In this document: in pieces, positions 56,312-64,000 of the stretch | Layout: every line of letters begins with the position of its first letter | Position numbering within the stretch: position 1 is the first letter of the stretch | Assembly: GCA_002811645.1 (NCBI GenBank) | Contig: PDIP01000019.1 | Span: 41,163-105,162 of the forward strand | Origin: Corallochytrium limacisporum Hawaii | Lineage: Eukaryota; Protista; Pluriformea | Direction: 5' to 3' | Length of the DNA: 64,000 nt | Notes under the pieces: model-generated | The model's input: the letters and a program-made list of their open reading frames with translations, nothing else | Databases searched by the model: none | Told to the model about the DNA's origin: nothing | Program-made: the position numbers and the translations under genes

Positions 56312-58100
56312 CTACTGCGAATGGTTTTGTTCATCAAAAGAAGCATTTGACCTGGCATTTGCATGAATCAACAGACTTGCCCTGCAGTGAGGGATAGCAC
56401 ACTTTCTGGTCCAGCCATATGATCGTAGAGAATGCTCGCAATGAGTGCACGTGTGTGTATCGAATAGGACCATTTTCCGTGCTCCTAGAGAACAAACTGC
56501 TGTGTGCAGGCTTCCAAAGGTAGCACCACCCTCGCTTTGAGCCATCAATTCGCACCAGATGGTGGTGTGCGAGAACAGGGCCCGGAAAAATACGCCTGCT
56601 GGACTGCGCGCAGCTAACGGAACCATGTGTACAACATCACCTGCGTCCAAAATGTCGTGGACCGAGATGTTGGACTATCCTCTGAACTGGGGCCCTCCTT
56701 CTGTGTTGATTACCTTCGGGATAGATCTCCCGCGCTCCTACAGCTAGCCGTTTCTACCAATCAGTCAAAGTAATCAGCATCCTTCAACAACAATGCGTAG
56801 TCACGAACCAGCACATCATATGTGACATGGGACACAAGGAACGACATGGTCTACAAAGAAGCAGCGGCATGTGTAGTCGTGTGCTGCAATCATTGCCATG
56901 GTCCGACATATCAGTAACCGTCCCCCCGGTACACTCAGTTCTAGTAACAACGGCAATGCGCTACCGCAGGCGTTTATCGGGAGGTTAGCCAACTCCCATG
57001 GCAGCCAGGGTCGGCATCGCGTGTAGCACTCAATGTCCCCTCCCAAACCCGTACTCCGTGCTATTCCCTCTTTTCCGGCAACCCCAAGAGGCGGATACCA
57101 GATGGACCAATGATCGGGCCAGCTTGGGGGTGCGTGGTAGATTGCCAGACACAACACTGCCAAAACGTACCCCACTTCGGCCATCGTCGCTGCTGCTAAG
57201 CTGGTGGAATTGCCTGCGCTATTATGGATGTCCAACCGGATCTTCCATAAATCAGCAGAAAACCCACCAACAGTCCTACTGCGGGACTTGCTTGATCCGG
57301 GTCTCTTTGCCAAGCCCGGAGAACGACGAACCATCTTTGCCTACCATCGACAGCAATCATCATCACCATACTGTTGCTTTGCCTTTCTCCTTCATCTCTC
57401 AACATCTTCAGCATCGGCGGGGAATTGTACAATCCGACGTGATTCGATGAGGAATGTCACAGAGCACCACTGTGCTTCCTTGTTGGCTCTGCTAGCATCA
57501 CTTTCCCCGTTTGCTAATGCCAAAACAAACCTCCCTTAGTGAAAAAACAACAGTATCAGTAGACAAGAAAAAAGCCACCGCCGTAGATGGGGACCATGCC
57601 CTTTGATTAGAATTTCGTTCCGACCCACCTAATCAGAGAAAGTAAAAGGCGCGCTGGTGGAACCCAAGTGAGGACACAGACCCTATCAGGAGTTCATAAC
57701 TACTGCCGAGAATGTCCAAGTGAGCTGAGGCTACATTTGGTTTGTGTTCACATGAAATTGGCCGCAAATTGGTGCGAAACTTTCGCGACGCAAACGCCCG
57801 AAGCTGGCACGATAGGGCACTGGAGACACCGTGAGCCGCGTGCCATGGAGTCGTTCGACCAGAGATTGCGCGCCAACTTGGTGAATACCGCAAACTGAAC
57901 CCGCATGCTGATCCTCATGACCGCCTGCATTCATTAATCAATGGCACCATTGGGAATGAGCGTGTTATAATGCAATGCAGCAAAGTGGAGAACATGCAAC
58001 GACATGCTCATCATGCCAACTATGCGACAGACACGGAGGTGGTCGTGAAGGTTCGACAGTTGGTTGTGGTGTGCCGACTGCTCACGGTTTGATCGTGTCT
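56312..58100 (-). mobile_element. Eroded Ty3/gypsy RT-RH-IN fossil
   Basis: Minus strand, in order: HLRVCRI, FAVFTKLARNLW, RTTPWHAAHGVSSAL (RT); YNSPPMLKML...IAVDG, LCLAIYHAPPSW (RH); RTMAMIAAHDY...VDHVVPCVPCH (IN zinc finger); IPKVINTEGGPQFRG (56722-56678; cf. PxxIxSDxGPQF); EHSLRSY. Confidence 0.6.
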
Positions 58101-59749
58101 TGGCCCCCACCCGCCTCGTTCCAAATCTGCCCCGGTCCCGAGACCTTGTAACTTCGTGCTCTCGGTTGATTCCCTATCGCAAAGCAACAACATGGATGCG
58201 GTGGGTTGCCATATCGTTTGCCGGAGTGATGTGCACTAAGGCCAGTTTTACGGGTACGAGTTCAATCCCTTTCATTTTCATACTCAATTGCCTGAGGAAA
58301 CTCACGGGCCGGACGAAAGGTGAGCTGGGTAGAAAACGGTACAAAAAGGCTTACCGGTACCCGGCATTGCTGGCCCCTATCGCCGCACTCTCCTCATTTC
58401 AACCAATCAGCACACCGTTAGGATACACGTGGGGGTAGAGCTCGTCGTACAAAGAGTGTATTACGGTAACGGAGTTGGGGGATCAGGGGCGAGGCAAGCA
58501 TGAGCGGTTAAGGGGGAAGGGGGATTACATTCTTTTCCTGTTCTTGTCTCTCTTGTCGTGCGATTTTTTGGAAAACCAGTGCGAAATATTGACTGTTCGC
58601 CAATTGCGGTGGTGGTCGAATGGAGGAATGTGGGAGAAGGAGGAAAGAGCGCTAGATCTTGCATTGTCTTTGCTTTTTACTTTCGTTTTGGGTGTGAGAA
58701 CCCAGTGACTTATTGTACACTCGTCTCTCCAACAACGTGGTTGTATATTACCAGATGACGATTTTGTGAGGGTTGCTGATAGCAGTGGATGCAGTGTTGA
58801 CTGCGTTACCCATACATGCGCGCTATCTCTTCGAACGATCACTTACTTCTTCATGCCGAGGACGTGGGTCTTCGCATCTGCATCCAGTGGCGGCGCACCG
58901 AGTTTGGGTAAAGTAACGAAATTGGTGGAACTCCGGAGCGAAAGGAGGGAAGAGGAAGGAGAGGGGTGTCGGAAAACGGCTTTTCTGGACAAAAGGCAAA
59001 ACCGCGAACGGGATCGACAGTGTGCCTTTGGGTTGCTAGAATGACGTTAGTACTCCCTTGGACAGACTAAGAGTAAGCGCGAAGGGCAGAAATCTGTTGC
59101 AGTGGTCAAACCAAAGTGTGTGACAAACGGTTGGCCAACCAGGCGAAATTCTTCAAATTGCAATACATCACATCGGGTCGTTTCCGGTGAGGTGCGGCCG
59201 TTTCTGAGACAGCTCAGGTTCAACTTTCATCTTTGAGCCGAGTTGGTAAAACCACGTCTTCCTCAGCACCCACTTCACTGCCCTCTCACACTTCGAATGC
59301 CTGCATCGGCAAAGTTAACACTTTCTGTGTTACGTTCGTACGGTCGCCGTTCTACTTCTTGCAATGCCTCGCTAAAGTTTCGTTTGCAAGCGCTCTGTGC
59401 CGCCTGTCCTGACGAATGCTTTCCCCTTTTTACATTTCCTACTTTCTCGAATTGAGTGTCGGAGCAACTAATCCTGCCACAGAGTTTGGGTATCAACTTG
59501 GCTGAGTGCGATGTGATTGGGGATCAGGAGATGGAACGCCTGTTTAAAAAGAGAAAAGAGGAAAGAAAGAATTCCGGCGGAGTGGTATCAGCCTCTAAGA
59601 GGACAAAATGTGGTGAGCAAAGATCAATGTGAGTGCTCAGGTCACGAACAACCACCCTGAACAAGGAAAGAAAATAAAAAAAAGCCCGTCGGATCAGAGA
59701 GAATCAAATTCTCTGACGATGACAGTGTTCTCTTGGAATACGAGAAGAA

Positions 59750-61354
59750 TCACATGATTTTTTTGCGAATGACTCGCGTGAACACTTGGGTTCCTGGCGG
59801 TGTCCGGCGGTGAGACTGATATAAAGTAACAGAATTGTTGCCGTAGCAGACCTTTTCATTTTTTGTCGCTTGACTCATGTTCAGGTTTTCGTCACATTGA
59901 CACCGCTCTGGACAAGCATCGATGAATACTGAACAGACTCTAGTCTTCGGGTTAAGTCTCAAAATTACTGTGAATCTAAGAAAATATTGAATACCCTGAG
60001 ATACAAATACAATACATTAGGTATTCTGAGAGGTTGGTAATACTTCACCAAAACCATGTTCCCACACAAAATGGTCAAATACCCGTCGCGCCACATCACA
60101 GAAACAGGAAGACACGGGGCAGCAACAATCTAACACACACACCAAAAACATATCAGCATGAAAGACTTCCCTGATTGGGGTTAGGCATCGAACTCTTTGT
60201 TTCCTCCTCTTGTTTGTTCCAACATTCCTCCAACCGACGATGTGCACTTTGCATGGGCCGGCCGTCGCGCCCCGTATCCGGACAATTTGATCTTCATCTG
60301 CTAGGTTGCGCCTAATAACGTGTCGTCTGTGCGAGTTCTACCAGCTCCGTTTGTTTTGGACAAGAATACGGGTCGGGCTTCTAAATATTTGGTAGTGGGG
60401 TGTTCCGCTGAACCTCGGAATCAACAGCCTACACTGGGCAATTCTACCCAAGAAGTAGGGAGACAAACCAAACGAATACATAACCTACTACCACCAAGCC
60501 GCCACGGGTTGGTGGAGGGCGAAGGAGGGTTTGCAGGCCTTTCTGTTTCGTTTGTTGTGTGATGATCAGGCAGCACACGAGGGTTTCTTCATCAGATCAA
60601 CCAGAAGTGGATGGTGGCGTACCCCCCCCGCGGGGGGGGGGNNNNNNNNNNNNNNNNNNNNNNNNNNNNNNNNNCCCCCCCGGGGGGGGGGGGGGGGACA
60701 CAACATACAAATTGGACGAAACGGGCCCCCATCCCACCTTCCCCCTTGTCCACCAGCGATATGAACAAAAGGGAGAACTCTCGGCCGCCAGAAGAATGGA
60801 AGCCGGGGTGGGGGGGGGGTTTTGTTGGAACAGCCTTCGGCAGAGACAATGGACCCAAAAAAAAACTGCAAGTACAGACTTTTGGGAAAGAGCGTGCAGT
60901 TGGAAACGGGGTCGGAGAGTGAGGCAGGTTTGAAGCGCGCAAAACCCGCACCTGATTCGAGACACATACATATATACGGCACGGGAAGGATCAAATCGGC
61001 ATGGAAGAAATGTTGCACACAATTCATTTCAGCCGGTCAGCAAAGTAGTTGAACATTTACATACTGACCTGTGTGCATGACATATGTCATTCCGGGTTTT
61101 CGCTGGGAGTTGTTGGTTTTTACCACAATATTCCGCACACGCGCCCGCCACTTGAGAGCGGCTGCCCTACCCTTCTCGCACTCGCGCGCCGAATACCAAC
61201 ACCACCCAAAATATAGACAAATGTACACACCAAGAAACCAAAAAAGTAAAGACTGAATAGTAGCGATTGCGAACGTCCGCGACATCAAGGTTTTGCAGGT
61301 GATTATTTTCTCAGTGGTACTCATCAACGCTCCCACTCCACATGGCTGAGCCAA
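59750..61354 (-). mobile_element. Eroded Ty3/gypsy RH-IN fossil, interrupted by a G/C-run island and an assembly gap
   Basis: PCGVGALMS...SRT...YSARECEKGRAAALKWR...VVKTNN (RH); SCAA* and GLQTLL (IN zinc finger/linker); EVFHADMFLVCVLD...DVARRVFDHFVWEHGFGEVL (IN core); NNSVTLYQSHRRTPP...VF. Confidence 0.55.
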
Positions 61355-64000
61355 AAAAAAAAAAGACGGGCAACTTCCAAGCCCTTCCGAAACTTCACAG
61401 ACATGCGTTTCACGTACAGAATTTTTATTCGGAGGAACTGACAGAAGCCAATGGAAGAGACCGCCACAAGGAACTACCTACCCCGAAGACTGCTAGATGA
61501 GACCAAAAAAAACCGTCCTATCTTTAAACCCCGGACAGAGAAATCCGTAGTGGGTGCCCTTGGCCTAGCCTATAATACTGAAAGGAAAAAAAAAGGCCAC
61601 ACAATGCAAGGCAAGAACGGAACGGAAGCCTACAGTAACCCGCGAACCCCTGCCACCCGCCCGAAAAAAAAAGGAGAGAGCGATGGGCTTTTTTTTTCTC
61701 GGAAGGCTTTTTGTTTAGATTTTTGTACACCCGGGCATACCGATGTAATTTGAAAAGATGTGTGTGGCCTTAAATGTGATCTACACAATTTCTATTTAAA
61801 CCCCTCTCCCCATTATTGTCACTTCCCCAGTTGTGCATAAAACCCGCACATGTACACATACCCGCATATCACCGAACATACAATACCGTATGTCGTTGAG
61901 AGGACAAATGGGGGAACGCACCGATATCACACCGCTGGTGGTGGTGGTGTTGGTGGTGGTGCTGCGTATTATCAGTAGGATGCAACACCCTATCAAAGCA
62001 ACGCACCGAGACACGAGGTCGTCAGGCTGGCGGGTAAAAGTTGGAGAAAGAGACGTCCGTTTTCTTTTCCATGCCCGTCCCCAGCCCCTCTCCTCCACCA
62101 ACGACTCTTTTCTTGTTCTCTCGTAACTCCTTGGGCTCTCCGTTTGGGCATCCCCAACCATCTTCGAATTTTTTTTGTTTGGTTTTGTTGTCGTGAATTA
62201 ATTGAGATCGAAAAAAAAAACGAAGGTGAACAGGAAAAACTACGGATGGTTGGCGGGGGTAGGGTGTGTTGCCAACTTGGGTAAGCGTGTTCTTGGCAGA
62301 GAGGGGAGGAGGCAATGTTTGCCTGGCCCCGCCAGGTCTCTCAACTGCCAGCAGAAGTTTGTGTATTGATTGACTATCAAAGGGCGCGGTAACATACACA
62401 CGAATGGACACCACCAACCCCCCCCCCAACCCCCATCCAAAGTGAAGAGGAAGGGACGAGAAAAGGGGAGTGAGAGTGAGAGAGAGGCGCAAGGGGACCG
62501 AGGAACAAAGGAACAAAGATGAAAGGGAGCGAACAGTATAGCGCGGAACACAACAAAGGACAACACTTGATATTTATCATTCACGTCGTTATCGCACCGT
62601 AATGACGGGCTTGGAGGAAATTCATGAAGAAAATATTGGGAATCACGGACAATACCGCGTTACATATCTAAAAAAAAAATGGGAAAATCGCAACCTTCGG
62701 GTTTCGATTTACCGCCCCCCTCCCCCACACACTCGCGTTCAAGCTGTCGACTGCAGGTTGGTACACCCGCAAGCTCCGAGCTTAATCCCCCTCCGTGGTG
62801 AAACCAAAACCAAACCTGCGGGATATTGTCTATAGAGGGCAGTTTAAAGAGAATTACACGCACGCACACACACACACACGCGCAGAGAGAAGACCAGCAC
62901 GGCTAGGCGAGGGGGAGAGAATGCACGGGGAGAAGCCTCAAGGACAAAAACCACTTGTCTCCCTCGTACCCCAAGTTTTGGGGGAGAAGAGTGAGGTACA
63001 GAGTTTGAGAGCGAGATGCGCATCGTTGGTGCGCTGGCCTCGTGCCTCAGCACACACACACACACACCCGAACATGGGCACCGGTGTTTTGGATCGTGAG
63101 CGTCACTTGGGCGCTCTTCTCCCCCCCCCCCTTTTACTCCTCGTTCCGCCGTGTGATATTTTCATACAATTCTATTGACTTTGTGCGCCGGTAAGCGCGC
63201 GACGAGAAGAAGTACACTTGGCAGAACACGATTTAAAAATAGAGACGAGGAAAAGACGCGCAAGGAGAGGCGGCAGACCGGAGGAGGGAGTGTGAGAGAG
63301 AAAAAAAAATCGGCAAGGAAAGGGTGGGAGGGAAGCCCAGGCAAGAGCAGGACGGAAATAAGGGAAGTTCGTCATGCCAACCGTTTTCTCGCCGNNNNNN
63401 NNNNNNNNNNNNNNNNNNNNNNNNNNNNNNNNNNNNNNNNNNNNNNNNNNNNNNNNNNNNNNNNNNNNNNNNNNNNNNNNNNNNNNNNNNNNNNNNNNNN
63501 NNNNNNNNNNNNNNNNNNNNNNNNNNNNNNNNNNNNNNNNNNNNNNNNNNNNNNNNNNNNNNNNNNNNNNNNNNNNNNNNNNNNNNNNNNNNNNNNNNNN
63601 NNNNNNNNNNNGGGGGGAAGGGAGAAAAATTACGCACACTCCACTGCACACACACGCACACGCACACGCAGCGCAGAGAGTGTGTCAGAGACAGCCACAG
63701 AACACATACACACACACACACACGCGCGCGCAGAGGAGGACCAAAAAAATGGGCCAAAAAAAAGGAGGGGGACGTGAGGGAAGGGAGAGGGAACCCTGGC
63801 CCGGGGGGGGGGAAGGGAAGCCGATGGTGCACTGTGTGTGTGCGGTGGAGAGGTATGCGTGTGGGGAGGGCGGTATGTGGCTGCTGAGGCGAGAGTCGTC
63901 TATCGCCCTTCAGGCCCGTGTGGGGTGAAAGGCTTCGAGGAGACCTCTGGCTCCACACCACACGCAACCGATCGCGCCTCTTCGGAACTGGCGATGACTT

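Noticed and set aside
1-64000. tRNA, rRNA, snRNA, CRISPR arrays, intact LTRs/TIRs, or an alternative genetic code
   Set aside because: No cloverleaf or B-box context, repeat-spacer array or terminal repeats were seen. All 12 genes translate completely with the standard code and end in TAA, TAG or TGA. Small RNA genes could still be hidden in the gaps.

Overview
Draft-assembly eukaryotic DNA with six N-gaps. It holds 12 convincing protein-coding genes, each readable as a single uninterrupted ORF: an ankyrin+PX protein, an MTCH1/2-like protein, CLYBL, a SENP/Ulp SUMO protease, a USP37-like deubiquitinase, an F-BAR+SH3 protein, a 1921-aa ankyrin/coiled-coil/pseudokinase/HECT-like protein, CLN3/battenin, a formate-nitrite transporter, a VIT1/CCC1 transporter, an ornithine-carrier-like SLC25 and a mitochondrial PPR protein. 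The combination of MTCH, FNT and VIT1 with no coding introns suggests an intron-poor unicellular holozoan such as Corallochytrium (inference only). Eight genes form four tight tail-to-tail pairs, while many 5' sides have multi-kb spacers. By eye, these spacers contain about 10 heavily eroded retroelement fossils (Ty3/gypsy gag/PR/RT/RH/IN fragments and one LINE-like fossil) interleaved with poly-G/poly-C and microsatellite islands. Every fossil I recognised is co-oriented with the next downstream gene. Top leads: (1) the oriented stacks of retroelement fossils upstream of genes; (2) a giant protein with apparently dead kinase and dead HECT domains. All homology calls are motif recognition by eye; no searches were run.
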